Source: Octopus sinensis (lineage: Eukaryota). Taken from it: 64,000 nucleotides of DNA. How positions within the stretch are numbered: the first letter of the stretch is position 1; every line of letters begins with the position of its first letter. Made by a program: the position numbers and the translations under genes. This document shows, in pieces, positions 1-12,990 of the stretch. A model generated the notes under the pieces. That model was given only the letters and a program-made list of their open reading frames with translations. It was not told the origin of the DNA and made no database searches. The DNA is taken from positions 104,346,001 to 104,410,000 of the forward strand of contig NC_043004.1 in assembly GCF_006345805.1 (NCBI RefSeq), given 5' to 3'.

Positions 1-2
1 AA

Positions 3-69
3 TATTCCACATTAAAATACAAATCCCAAACCGAAGAGAACACAATCGTGGGCGACAAAAAAGAAAAAA
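3..69 (+). CDS. Penultimate coding exon (5' end outside window) of an upstream gene; reads YSTLKYKSQTEENTIVGDKKEK
   Basis: Open frame from position 3 ends at donor AAA|gtatgt (70-75), phase 1. Joins in frame to the exon at 369. Confidence 0.55.
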
Positions 70-368
70 GTATGTAAAATTCAAATTTTGTGTTAAAAGC
101 AGTTCCATAATGCAAACATTTATAATATCACATGCTAAATGTGTGTTGTTGAACTTTGCAAAGCTGTGGTATTTCGTCTAAGGGAGACCTGTGAAAGGCG
201 TATAGTGTTAAAAAACACAGCACACTTCAAAACTATTGACATTACTGAGCTGCTTCTAACATAAAATTCGAATTTTGTTTTACTTGTGCGACGCTTTTTC
301 ACGTCAGTGAATAGCTTTTACGCTATCTGTAGACACACTTCTTAGCTTGCTGTTTATATTCGTTTCAG

Positions 369-406
369 GGGTCAGTGTCGTGAACTCGGTTACTGATACG
401 CAATAG
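369..406 (+). CDS. Last coding exon of the upstream gene; RVSVVNSVTDTQ*
   Basis: Strong acceptor ttatattcgtttcag (ends 368), phase-1 frame continues from exon 3-69, TAG at 404-406, AATAAA 42 nt downstream. Product family not recognisable from this C-terminal tail. Confidence 0.55.
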
Positions 407-448
407 AAAGCAGATGACCGGCCTTATGAGACTTAGGACTGACGAAAA

Positions 449-454
449 AATAAA
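449..454 (+). terminator. Polyadenylation signal AATAAA of the upstream gene
   Basis: AATAAA shortly after the stop codon at 406. Confidence 0.45.
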
Positions 455-611
455 TACCATACCATACCGTTACTGTATAACTATATTTTAAGTACCATAC
501 ATATACTCTAGTAGCCATATTGTATAACCATGCTAAAGTGTTATGTCTATATTACATTAATAACAGTTATGCGCATAGCTGTGCAATGTACTCATACATT
601 CATGCACACTC

Positions 612-960
<349 letters not shown>

Positions 961-1308
961 ATATTCATTTGATTTTGAGGATATTTACATGGTTGAACTT
1001 AATAACCTATTGAACAGAAACCTTCGTTCTTGCAATATATGTGCACATACTTGCACGTACATATTTTTGTGCCTTTGTAAGCGTATCTGTACGCATGTAG
1101 GTAGGGTGTGTGTGTGTGTGTGTGCGAACGGGCGTGCGTGCGTGCGCGCACATTCATTTAATTTCTCAATCAATAGCGTTTTAATTTAACTTCTTCCGAA
1201 GTCTCCTTTGGTCTGTTTCATTTTCAAATATCTCCACCGCCATTGCAAAATATTTCTTTATTTAGCATGCATCCGTTTACATCACACACACACACACACA
1301 CACACACG

Positions 1309-1347
<39 letters not shown>

Positions 1348-1751
1348 TATATAACAAATCTTGTTTAATTTGCATGAAGAAGATTAATTTATGAACCATA
1401 TTTAATGTTTTTCTTTTTAATTATAATTAACATTTTTCAACATATTAATGTTTTCTGAATAGTTTTGAGATCAAATTAACATTTTTAGAGCAACAAAGTC
1501 GTTTGTTAGTTACATGAACTAAATGTATGAGAACGATATGTGAACTGCAGATGTCTGAATTAACAACCTGCTGTGATGGGTCAATAGGTCATGTTTTGCT
1601 ACCATCAGAGGAACGGTTGTGTGGTTGAGGAGTTTGCTTTGATTTCAGGTTCAATCCCATCGTGTGCTGGACTAATACATTTTGTGTGAGTTTGTAAGTG
1701 AAAATTGTATGAAGCCTGTCGCGTACACACACGTACGCACGCACATATATA

Positions 1752-4271
1752 CAGGAATCCATCGCTTTACGGAAGTAACGCGTTCCTGAAAATCTGGTTG
1801 TAACGCGAAATTCTGTAATGCGAAATTAGTTTTCCTATTGAATTCCATATCATCAAGTGAGAATGCGTTCCTACGGACATTTTGGAAAAAGAAAAAAAAT
1901 CAAAAGAAAAGGAGAACAAACGAAAAAGCAAAACAAAACAAAGAAGCAACACAATCACTTTTATATATGAAAGCAATTTCTGAATATACATCGTTCAATA
2001 TGGATATATAAAATCAAAAACATTTCAATAGGAATAAATTAGAGAGTTAATAAGAATTGTAATATCGTAAGAGTACGTTCTTACAACAAAAGATGTTGAC
2101 TGCTGTGTGATGGGTGGTGGCGGAATGTGTGTTACTAGGAGGATGAGGGATAATATTTACTATATTTTATAGTTCATTATCACGAACATCAGCTTGAGGG
2201 GCGAAGAACTGATCCAAAGTTGTTTGTTGTTTATGACGCATCTTCTCTCTTTACAGCTCAGTATAGGAACTGAGTTCATTGTAGACTCTTGTAATTTTTA
2301 TGCTACGTTCACCATTAGGATCATTATCAGCAAAAAACCTGCAAACCTTCCTCTATTAGCATCAACCCTTTAGCAATAATTTTTGTAGCCAATTTAAGTG
2401 GTGTCGGTGGAACTTCCCGTTGTCTCATCTATGTTTTCAACTTGTTCTTTTTCTACCAACGTTAGCTCCTCGTTAGATAAACTTTCTTTCCGGGACACTA
2501 GCAACTCAATCACATTATCCTCTATGACTTTTCTAATCCTACATACTTTGCAAGTGTCACAATATCTTTCCAAATTTGATATTGACTTTCTGCTCGAAGA
2601 AAACTTGTACTGTTACAGATACAGTCTGGCCGTATACTTTTCCAAGCCCTGTTCAAAGTTAACGGTTTCACTTCATCCCATGGCTCGACTATATTATACT
2701 CAGCCACCATTATGTTGAATTTCTTCCAGGAATATTTAATTGTAAGTTTTGCTTCCCTGTCAATTGCTTTCATAAGTTATTTGTGAAGTTGTATGATATA
2801 CTTTGATCCATGGGCTGGAGCAAGTAAGTTGTTTTCTTTTGGATATATTCTACGTAACATTATCAGTAAGTCCATGTAAATTCGCTAGGTGGCTCGATGC
2901 ATTGCCTACAAGAAGCAATGCTTTGTTCGAAATATTATGTCTGGCACTGCACCTGTCTACCGTGGGGTAAAAAAACCCGCTCTTTGAAAGGCTTTTAGTT
3001 ATCTATGCCTTCTTATTTGAACGCCAAAGCAGGGGTAGATTGAACTTTGTGAAACCCTTGAGAACCCTTAGATTTTTCAGAGTGATTCACATGTAGGGCT
3101 TTAGTTTCATATATTACCAGTGGCATTTCTATCCAAAAGAAGTGTCAGACGACTTTTGGAAGCTTTAAATCCTAGTGTTGACATTTCTTCTCGAGAAAAC
3201 AAACTTCTAGCAGGCATGCGCTTCCAGAAGAGTGAAGTTTCATCAACATTCTATACTTGCTCTGGCGTGTATTCAACTTCAGCAATGATTTCCTTCAACT
3301 GCCCAGGATAATTTGTATCAGCGCTCGCAGTTTCATCAGTCATTTTTATGTTGAACACAATCATGTGCTCCTTAAACCTTTCAAACCAACCCTTGCTAGC
3401 CAAAAAGGACTTTTTCATTAGAAGTTTCACCTTGCAGTTTTCTGTAAATCGTCATATAAACTTTAGGCACTTTTTTTTTTAATTACCAAGGTTACGTGAA
3501 TTCTGATCCTCGATTCATGCACTTAAACGCTGTACTATTACATTACATGATATCTGTGGAAAAAGTGAAGTCCATACAGTCAATTATGCCAAGTGCTCAA
3601 GAAGCTCTTGACATGATTTTCTCTTATTTCTCACGTATTGACGCCCCACGCAGGACCTTGAAAGATATAATGTTTTTGGCAATATGACTTAGTTTCACTT
3701 TGCATCAAGTATTTCTAAAACATTAAATTTAGTTTCCAGTGTAACCTTTTGCACTTCCTTTTCGCTTTACTGCCTCCAAGTCGATTTGATAGCTTCTTTC
3801 CAGCCATCTTAATTTGAAGGCAAATCCAACAGCCGTGGCGATACCAATTCCCTTCATTTTTCAAAGATTAGGAAATGAACGACTATGTTTTGACACAGAC
3901 ACAACACACGCTGTGCCTTCAGGTTCTTTGGATAGTGTTCAGAAATAACTCAATAAGTTTACCATTAATTCCCTGAAATAATCACGGGTTTCGCTAGCAT
4001 ATATTATTGTTGCTGTTGATGGTTGTGTTCGCATTGATAATAGAAGCGCACACATAGAAACACACGCATACATTCTTATATTTGTGTGTGTGTGTAAAAC
4101 TCACTCTATATACATATATACACGTGCGTATGTGTGTGACACGATGTAATACGATGATAGTTTTCCAAATCGAGTGGCTATTGAGCTAAGAAAAATGTGT
4201 AGTTTTAAATTAACAATTTTAAACTGCGCAATACGAGTTTCTATAAGAGCGAAATTACACACCGTATCCTG
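1752..4271 (-). mobile_element. Degenerate Tigger/pogo DNA transposon
   Basis: TA|CAGGA at the left end and TCCTG|TA at the right end (TIR match weak beyond this); internal pogo-family transposase remnants. Confidence 0.8.
2170..3807 (-). pseudogene. Tigger/pogo transposase pseudogene (CENP-B HTH + DDE_1)
   Basis: Minus-strand fragments ASKGWFERF, QVYNVDETSLFWKRMP, SWKKFNI...WDEVKPLTLNRAWK, KQQTTLDQFF; start ATG 3807; several stops and frameshifts. Confidence 0.9.
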
Positions 4272-4534
4272 TATTTAATAGTAATGCTTTACAATTTCCG
4301 TAAGTGCGAAATCCCATAACCAATTATGTGGTCTCGGATTCACTCCTCTGCTCCTCTACTCGAAGACTACAGATCCAATCCATCACTGGAAACTGTAAAA
4401 ATCTGTACAACTTTCCAGAAGCTAATCATTTAAATATATATGTGCATGTTTGGATATGCAACTATATGCATGAGAATACATAAAACAAAACATACAAATC
4501 TGCACACATACATACATACATACATACATAGATA

Positions 4535-5290
4535 AATGAAAGAATGGAGTCGAACGACGATTTAACAAAATTCCTTTATTCTCGACGCATGTTTCGAAGA
4601 CTGCATATTTTTAATTCCGAAGGAATAAAGGGGGCATTATGCCGTCTTCTCATCAGGAAAGACAAGGAACTTATGTCAGCATCATGACGAACAAAAACCT
4701 TTTAGATGACTACCCACACGGAGTCCATATTGATAATGAGTGTTTCTTTAAAATATTCCGTTATAAGCAGTGACGTCAAAATTGGTTGGATGGATAAGAT
4801 TCTAAAAAGTTCAAGAGTTCAAAAATGGTTGGAAGGGGCAAGTTCTAAGAATAGGGGGGGGGTGACAGAGTACAAGTCGTATGTATGGTGATGCGTTGTT
4901 GTTTGCTTTTGCCAATGAGATTGAGTGCCTATGTGTGTGTATGTATATAACTGCATTCGTGTTTATGTGTGTGTATTTGTGTGGGGGGATAAATGCCAAA
5001 TACAACTAGTGGTGAAGTGACAGGTTTGTGTCTGTGTGTTTGATTGTGCTTATGATAGAGAGGGAGAGAGAGGGGGGAGAGGTAGAGAGACAAAGGTAGA
5101 ACATACCCCAACGAATTTGGTAGTAGGCCTTCAAGTAACGGAGTATAAAAAAATTTTGTCTATGGTGTTGTTGTAGATGCGGAACCAAATTATTAAATTC
5201 AAGGAGGTTATCTATATTAATCATCATACATACATGCATGCATGCATGCCTACATACATACATACATACATACATACATACATACATACA
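4535..5290 (-). mobile_element. Penelope-like/retrozyme-like insertion carrying a hammerhead ribozyme
   Basis: Absent from the duplicate copy at 5880-5905; sits in a (CATA)n array; hammerhead followed by AATAAA on the minus strand. Confidence 0.6.
4567..4672 (-). ncRNA. Type I hammerhead ribozyme (predicted)
   Basis: CUGAUGA (4656-4650), stem II GAAGAC/GUCUUC, GAAA, stem III AC-augc-GU, GUC cleavage triplet (4586-4584), stem I 4 bp + 3x3 internal loop + 9 bp. Confidence 0.8.
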
Positions 5291-5299
5291 TACATACAT

Positions 5300-5415
5300 A
5301 CATACAAAAATACCCCGTTGTTGATGTTGAAATTCCAATGAAGGAGCCTTGAATCTAGGTTAGAAACCGGCTCTTTCTCTATTGGTTAGAAATCTTGAAA
5401 TAAACTGAATAATGA
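5300..5415. repeat. Unclassified ~115-bp interspersed repeat (ataccctgttgttgatgttgaaattcc...aaataaaactgaat) embedded in microsatellites
   Basis: Further copies at 5905-6012 and 36790-36900. Confidence 0.8.
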
Positions 5416-6013
5416 CATACACACACACACATTCTTATACGTATGTGTGTGTGTGTATAAAACTCACACTATATACATCATATATACACGTGTGTATGTG
5501 TGTATGTAATACGATGATAGTTTTCCAAATCGAGTGGCTATTGAGCTAAAAAAAAATGTGTAGTTTTAAATTAACAATTTTAAACTGCGCAATACGAGTT
5601 TCTATAAGAGCGAAATTACACACCGTATCCTGTATTTAATAGTAATGCTTTACAATTTCCGTAAGTGCGAAATCCCATAACCAATTATGTGGTCTCGGAT
5701 TCACTCCTCTGCTCGTCTACTCGAAGACTACAGATCCAATCCATCACTGGAAACTGTAAAAATCAGTAAAACTTTCCAGAAGTTAATTATTTAAATATAT
5801 ATGTGCATGTTTGGATATGCAACTATATGCATGAGAATACATACATAAAACAAAACATACAAATCTACTCACATACGTACATACATACATACATAGATAC
5901 ACACATACAAAATACCCTGTTGTTGATGTTGAAATCCCAATGAAGGAACCTTGGATCTAAGTTAGAAAATGGCCCTTTCTCTTGTGGCAAGAAATCTTGA
6001 AATAAAACTGAAT

Positions 6014-6051
<38 letters not shown>

Positions 6052-7165
6052 GACACGTGTATACATATACAAAATAAAAGTTGCAGCTGAACACTGAGTT
6101 GATGTCATCGACTTACGGCCCCCGGATCTAATTTATTTCATTCGCAAAACGAGCCCCTTTTAATTTTGCTCAGATTGCTTTCAATTTTGGTGTATCGATG
6201 CAACTCTGAATTTTGATTACGATCAACCAATTACTTTAACTCGTAAATTAAAGAATCTGATGTTATTTCGAATTAAAGTTGGGAAATTTGAGTAATTTTA
6301 GCCAATCAGCAGACAGCGAGGCATTAACAGCTTGTTACAATGACAACCGCACGTTCTGTTTGATTCATTTCACCTGCATATAAGATACAGGTATTCTTTT
6401 CCTTGGGACAAATTCTTTGTTGACAAGTGTTATTCTTATCGTAGTTTATAAATCCAAGCATGAAAACGTTACTCAACTTTGAAGTTTTGGAGACACACAT
6501 ACACACACACTTATATATATATATATTAATGCTGTACACAAATACATGACACGTATACATGATACTGAAATACGCATAAAGTAAACAGATGCAGACAAAT
6601 ATAACAAATTTTTTTTAAATAATAAAAATATACAATCAATGAAGAGACAAAAGAAGCAGTAAGATGATCTATGTTGATTTTTATTAGGTATTTCTGTTTA
6701 TTTAGAAATCCACAATGAAATTAATTTTTTTATATTTATTTAGAAACCTACAATGAACAGGTCAGACGCTAAACTATAAATTTCACAGGGTACAACCTTA
6801 AAATCGACACTGCTCCACTAAACGCAGACTAAAATTATAGTTTTTCCGATTTTAAACCTCTCTAACTTTTTCCTCCGATTTATTTCTTCACAACATCATA
6901 TCTTAATAGCGATGAGACTGGAAGACTACATTATTATAGCTGATTTTCCGGTTTTTTACTTCCTTTTAAAAAAATGCATATTTTGCGAAGGAAAAAAAAA
7001 AACTAGATCCCCGCTTCCTATGAAATTGTTGGCCTTATACCAAAATTTGAAATCAATATAATTCATAGACTTAGTTAACATGACACAGCGTATGTCAAAG
7101 CCGACCATTTGAAGAATATGTACAATCCATCCTGTTAAGCAAGGGGTGGATTGGACAAGTACACA

Positions 7166-7330
7166 TGACAGGCTTCTTTCAGTTTCCGTCTAGTAAACCC
7201 GCTCACAAATCTTTGGTTGGCCCGGGGCAATAATACCAGACACTTGCCCTAGGCGCTGCGCAATGGGACTGAATCCAAGACCACATGGTTGTGAAGCAAG
7301 CTTCTCAAGCACACAGCTACGCCTGCGCCT
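7166..7330 (-). mobile_element. SINE family A, 5' half
   Basis: Reverse complement of the aggcgcagg...gtgtctt...ggaaactgaaagaagcc head found throughout the window. Confidence 0.85.
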
Positions 7331-7720
7331 CAGTTCTTTCACTTACGAACTCAACCTGGTTTTGATCTCGCCACAAACCATTTCGCTTCACTTATCGTAG
7401 ATTCGTTTGAACTAGACTGAAGATCACTTCGTGTCACTCCTTTTCCCCAACCAACTTTTAAGTTCTGCATCTAGGTTAACAATCAATTAGCTGTACAAAC
7501 GTGAAACTTATTAGTATTCAAGTTGAAATTGCTCATTGCTTTCTTGTCCATAAGTTCAGCGTTCCGTTCAGTGAATTCTAAAGTGAAAGCTTTTGTTAAC
7601 CATTCCGTGGAAGAGAGGAGAAGCTAAATTTAGAAACTAGTGTCAACGTAAAAACATTATGCTTAACTACTTTACAGATAGAGGAAGAAAAACAAATGAA
7701 ATTTATTTAATTTAAATAAC

Positions 7721-8140
7721 AAGCGCAGGAGTGACTGTCTGGTAGGAAGTTTGCTTCCCAACCACATGGTTCCGGGTTCAGTCTCACTAAGTGACACCTC
7801 GAGCAGGTGACATCTATTAAATCCTCAGGCCGACTAAAGCCTTCTGGGTGGATTTGGTTGACAGAAATGTGTGTGTGTATATATATATATATGTGTGTGT
7901 GTGTATTTGTGTCTTTGTATCTGTGTTTTCCCCCACCACTGCTTGGCAACTAGTGTTGGTGTGTTTACGTCCCCATAACATAGCAATTCCGGAAAAGACA
8001 CTGATAGAATAAGTACCATGCTTTAAAACTTTAAAACAATAAGTACTAAAATTGATTCATTCGACTAAAACGTTTTTTTTCGAGATGGTGCCCCAGCATA
8101 GCTGTTGTCTAATAACTGAAACAAATAAATGGTAAAGGAT
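7721..8140 (+). mobile_element. SINE family A (tRNA-like head, central TA/TG array, GTAAAAGA-type tail)
   Basis: Pol III A/B-box-like head (gtggctgtgtgg...ggttccgggttcagtc), internal microsatellite, 3' part ending ctgaaacaa. Confidence 0.85.
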
Positions 8141-8289
8141 ACTTAGAAAAATACATACAGCCAGAAACATAGATAATATGTACGCACATACATACCCCTT
8201 ATCAAACTTTAACATCTCATCACCTGGCAAAAAGTCACCTGCCTTAATGCCACTTTGAAGTGTATTGTACGAGTTATTCGGCACTTTCG

Positions 8290-8460
8290 CCGGTATCGCG
8301 TAAAAAGCGCCCAGGACACTGTAAAGTGGTTGGCGATAGGAAAGGCGACCAGCCGTAGAAGCAAACATTGGTGCTTGGCGCAGTCTTCTCGCTCGCCTGC
8401 CCCTATCAAACCGTCCAACCCAAGAAAACAGGCGTGAAGCAATGATGGTGGTGGTGGAAT
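8290..8460 (+). mobile_element. 5'-truncated RTE-LINE 3' end
   Basis: gtaaaaagcgccc...gtggttggcgataggaaaggcgaccagccgtagaa...tgatggtggt; homologous to the 3' UTR of the RTE at 61221-62744. Confidence 0.7.
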
Positions 8461-8534
8461 ATGACGGCCTGAAACCAATCTGTTTCTTGCCTGTTACAGA
8501 GGAACGCGAGCTTTACAGATAGGTTTAGCACCCG

Positions 8535-8770
8535 GAAGGTGGCGAGCTGGCAGAATCGTTAGTATGTCGGGCGAAATGCTTAGCGGTATTTCGTCTGCCG
8601 TTACGTTCTGAGTTCAAACTCCGCCGAGGTCAACTTTGCCTTTCATCCTTTCGGGGTCGATTAAATAAGTACCAGTTATGCACTGGGGTCGATGTAATCG
8701 ACTTAATCCCTTTGTCTGTTCTTGTTTGTCCACTCTGTGTTTAGCCCCTTGTGGGTAGTAAAGAAATAGG
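8535..8770 (+). mobile_element. SINE family B, young copy
   Basis: ggcgagctggcagaatcg...gagttcaaactccgccgagg...gtgggtagtaaagaaatag; near-identical copies at 59185, 60955 and 63505. Confidence 0.9.
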
Positions 8771-8849
8771 TTTAGCACCAGGAAAGTAGTAGTTCGGCAA
8801 GGTTGTCTGCTTTAACCCCTGCTCTGATGCGGCGGTCAGTGGTTGGTTT

Positions 8850-9590
8850 CGGCTGGATCTGTCCATGCATCAGTGGTCGGCGGTTAAATAACCTTCAGCG
8901 TGCTGATAACATCGTACTGATCTCTTCTTCGCCAGCTGAGCTTCAGTGAACTGATTGATAGAGCTAGCGTGTTTTAACTGGAGAAACGCACCAAAGAAGA
9001 CTAAGTTGATGGCACAAGAGATCAAGCTAACCCAAGATGATAAGTTTAAGTACCTGGGCTCCATTATTGACTACAGTAGACTACAACCCAGAAATCAGAG
9101 CAAGACTTGATGCACGATAATCAGCCCTGAGGTCACTCAATACAATATGGAGAGACTACGTCTTCTGTAAGATACATCTTATTGAAACTTCTAAAATCTC
9201 TAGTCTTTCCTGTAGCTTTGTATGAGTGTGAAACATAGACACGAAGCAGCCGAGGGCGTTCGTGATGATGTGCTACAAGCATGCTGTGCGGATCAGTTGT
9301 GCAGCTTGTATAACGAACGATTCTGATCTGCAGATAGGAACAAGAAAAATTGGTAACAGTGGTCAGTTGGCGAAAACTGCAGTATTTTTGGCCTGGATTT
9401 CTGCGCCCGCGTGCTCAGGGACGGATGGAAAACGTAGTCGTATGGGACAAGCGACTGATGATATCACTTGCTGGACAGGGCGAGCCTTGGTTCAGTAAGT
9501 GTACGGCTGCAACACGAGACCGTAGTGTGTAATACAGAGCGGCTGTTGTCTGAAACCCCGCTCTCAGCCACGAGGATTCATTGTGTGTGT
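8850..9590 (+). mobile_element. RTE-clade LINE fragment (RT C-terminus), degenerate
   Basis: ISGRRLNNLQRADNIVLISSSPAEL (degenerate YADD), KTKLM, FKYLGSII, EIRARL, KSLVFPVALYECET; many frameshifts. Confidence 0.85.
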
Positions 9591-9900
9591 GTTTATACAG
9601 GTTTGGTGGTACCAGCAGAAGAATTTTAACTCAAGCAAAAGTAGAATGTATCTTCTACTACAGTCCCGGGCCGACTAAAGACTTATGAGTGGATTTGGTA
9701 GACGGGAACTGAAAGAAGCCCGTCGTGTGTTTGTGTCTGTGTTGGTTCAAGTCTCTGTAATAAATATGTACCTTACTTTAAAAGATAAGTGCTGGAGTCG
9801 ATTCATTCGACTAAAGCTCTGCCAGGAGGTGCTCCAGCATGGCCGCAATCCGATGACTGAAGCAAATAAAAGAAAGATAAAAGATATACATGTATATATG

Positions 9901-10064
9901 CAGGCGCAGGTGTGGCTGTGTGGTATTTGCTTTCCAACCACATGGCCTCAGGTTCAATTCCACTGCGTGGCACCTTGGGGAAGTGTCTTCTATTATTATA
10001 GCCTCGGACCGACCAAAGCTTTTGTCTGTGGATATGGTAGACGGAAACTAAAAACAGCCCGTCG

Positions 10065-10111
<47 letters not shown>

Positions 10112-10380
10112 ATGTATGTATGTGTGTGTATGTATGTGTGTTTGTGAATGAGTATATATGTATGCATGTATTTATGTGAGTGTGTTTGTGCCCCCCCCCC
10201 CCACACACTATCGTTCGACAACCGACGTTGGTATCTTTACGTCCCCGTAACTTAGTGGTTGGGTAAAAGGAACCAGTGGAATAAGTACTCAGTTTACAAA
10301 GAATAAGTCCTGGGGTCGATTTCTTCGACTAAAAAATCCTCTAAGGCAGTGCCGCAGTCAAGTGACAAGTAAAAGAGTGA
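9901..10380 (+). mobile_element. SINE family A, full length (a second partial copy precedes it at 9661-9885)
   Basis: Head, central TA/TG array and tail all present. Confidence 0.9.
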
Positions 10381-10505
10381 AAAAAAAAATAAAAGAATAT
10401 ATAAATCTCTCTCTTACTTTCTCGCTTCCCCCCCCCGTCTCTGTACACACACACACACATATATATTGTTGTGTTTCTTTATATATATATATATATTATA
10501 TATAT

Positions 10506-10539
<34 letters not shown>

Positions 10540-10541
<2 letters not shown>

Positions 10542-10735
10542 AAGTTAATCCAAACAAGGAAGCACAAAAAAAACGCAACAACGCGAGGACGTGGAACAAA
10601 TATAGTATTATTGGACGCTCAGGAAAGAAGGAGGGTTAACGTTTCGAGCGGAGCTCTTCGTCGGAAACATAGGAGTAGGAAAGATCCAGAGAAGGGAAGA
10701 CAGAGGGAAAAAAATCACCAACGGTACACACGCAC
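10540..10735 (-). mobile_element. Short Penelope-like terminal repeat between microsatellites, with a hammerhead-like variant motif
   Basis: Minus strand CCGACGA-A-GAG-cuccg-CUC-GAAACGUU at 10664-10638. Confidence 0.5.
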
Positions 10736-12089
10736 ACATGCGTATTTTTATGCATCACGATGTGTATGTGTATATATACGTGTGTTATTTCGTGTGTGTG
10801 TGTAGACAAAAATCTTTTGGAATATAAATAAAGAGAGCTTAGCTTGCGTTGTAAAGACTACAAAAGTAATTTTAATTCGTATTTGATACAAATACTTCTT
10901 TCTAGCATCTTGAAAAGATGAGAGGCAAAAGTGATCTCGGGGGGAATTGAAATTACAACCGCGGGAAATACGTGTGCATATGCGTATACACTTGTTCGAA
11001 GCTCATTCCGATAAAATAAGCCGTTTATTCGACAAGTTGAGGAATTGTGTATATTTTATCACAAAAATATCTCTATAAGTATTGATATATATAATCTTAA
11101 TATTTCTGAATAGTTTTCTACTTTTCAAATTCATTTTTGAAGTTGTTCATCAAAATATATTTACAAAATCTTTTATCCTATTTTACAATACATTTACAAG
11201 TGTGTGTGTATATCTGATATGTATATATGCCATATCTACAGTTTGGGGCCCGGTTTTATTAATGTCTGGAAAATACTTTCTAAGTTTTTTATCTTCAAAT
11301 TAAACTTTGCAGGGACACATTTTTGAGGCTGTGGATTACGATTGTGTTGAAAACATTTATTTTCAAGGGATCTAAATTCATTTTTATTCTCACGAAAATC
11401 TCTCCTCTCTGTAACAGCATGTATTTTTTTTTAAATGACACTTTGCAGAAATCCGTTTTCGGCAGCGTAGATTACGTAATGCTAGTGCTTCAAACACACA
11501 TCTGGAAAAAAAAAAAAAAGAAAAAAATGATGCCAAGGTTACGGAAATAGCGGTAAAATAGTCGGAGGGAGAAAAGAAAAAAAAATGTTCCGAGACACCT
11601 TTAAAAAGTTTTTTTTTGTCCCTAAATTTCAACATTTTGTATTGAAATACACTTTGTCTCAGTTAACTTTGAAACTAATGAATTTAGTGGAATAGCTGAC
11701 TTTAATCAAGCTGGTATTTGAAACATGATAGAATGTTTTAATTCAGATCAATTTAAAAGAGGGACGATCACAGCTGGGTTGCTCGTGCATTTTCCAAAAC
11801 ATTGAGGAAACCGAGTTGCTGTTGTAGGGTCTACATGCTATGTACAATATTTAATTAATATAGTATTACGACATTTTAATAATTTATAATTAAAAAAAAA
11901 GTATAAGCTAACTTAATGAAATCTCTTTGTCAGGGTGTCTATTTTTGTTACTTCGTACGGGGGTTAATACCCCAGGCAGATCACATCAACCCTAGTTACC
12001 CGCGAAAGTAGGCGGGCTACCAAGGGGCGACCTGAACCTGTGCAAAAAATCGTCACAGATAGGACTGTGGAGTCAGGCATTACCCTGAC

Positions 12090-12120
<31 letters not shown>

Positions 12121-12429
12121 ATAACATGAGTAATGCGAAGGCAAGACTATATTATATCGATTGTTTGTATCTATTGCTGATGTTGCTATCATTAAAATTA
12201 CTTGTGATTAATTTATACTCGAAGTAGTTGAAATATACTTTTGTACATATCGAGACTTAATTATATAATAATGTTTTCTCTTAAAAACTTTTTAAGTATT
12301 TCAGTAGTTATTTAAACAAAAAATATTTTCGATTCGCCTTTATATGAAATAAACAAGAACTGCTGTGTCATACTACTAAAAGCAAGGGAGGTAACTACAT
12401 TTTTAAAAGTTGTATTACAGAATTAAGTT

Positions 12430-12990
12430 GTGTGCGATTAGTCACGCAGGCTACAACAAGTAGTTGTGGTGGGAACTAGTGGTCATGTGATATTCACACT
12501 TTCCCCAACAGTGTGAACGAGAAATCTGAAACTGGACAGTCACCTTGGCTTTTTTTCTTTCTTTTTTTTTAAATAAACTTCAGTTATTCGCGACTAATAA
12601 TTTTTTTCTTCACTTGAAATCATGTTAGAGATTTAATCGATTGAATTAAAGAAGCTGTGAATTATATTTTGTTTTTATATTTTAATTAATTACAAATCTA
12701 ATTCGTCTTCGTCACACGCTATTATTCCCTTCCCGCCCTATCTTGATAAAACAATCGAGCGCCAGATTTCAGGCAGTAAATCTCGCGGCTTCAGATTCAC
12801 TTTCGTCGCTTGTTTTATTTTCACTGGGATAAGTTGACTCTTCTCATTTGCAGATTAATGAAAATAAAAGGTTTTATTATCCTTCGTTGCCTAATTACGG
12901 GCATGTAGATGTTGTTTTCAGGACTGACACAAAATCCCGCTGTTAATTAAGCACACGTCACTATTTTCTTAAAGGGAAAACTTGCTCACC
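12430..12990 (+). promoter_or_regulatory. Candidate promoter region of the downstream gene
   Basis: Unique, CpG-containing, repeat-free sequence with an E-box-like GTCATGTGAT (~12482) and a GC-box-like CCCGCCC (~12732), just before the CpG-depleted domain. TSS and strand are inferred. Confidence 0.3.

Larger units (their letters stand above)
4071..6015. repeat. Local tandem duplication (4071-5415 and 5430-6015); first copy carries an extra insertion
   Basis: 4071-4501 and 5430-5866 are near-identical, including the Tigger end and unique flank; both copies continue into the same ~115-bp repeat. Confidence 0.9.
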
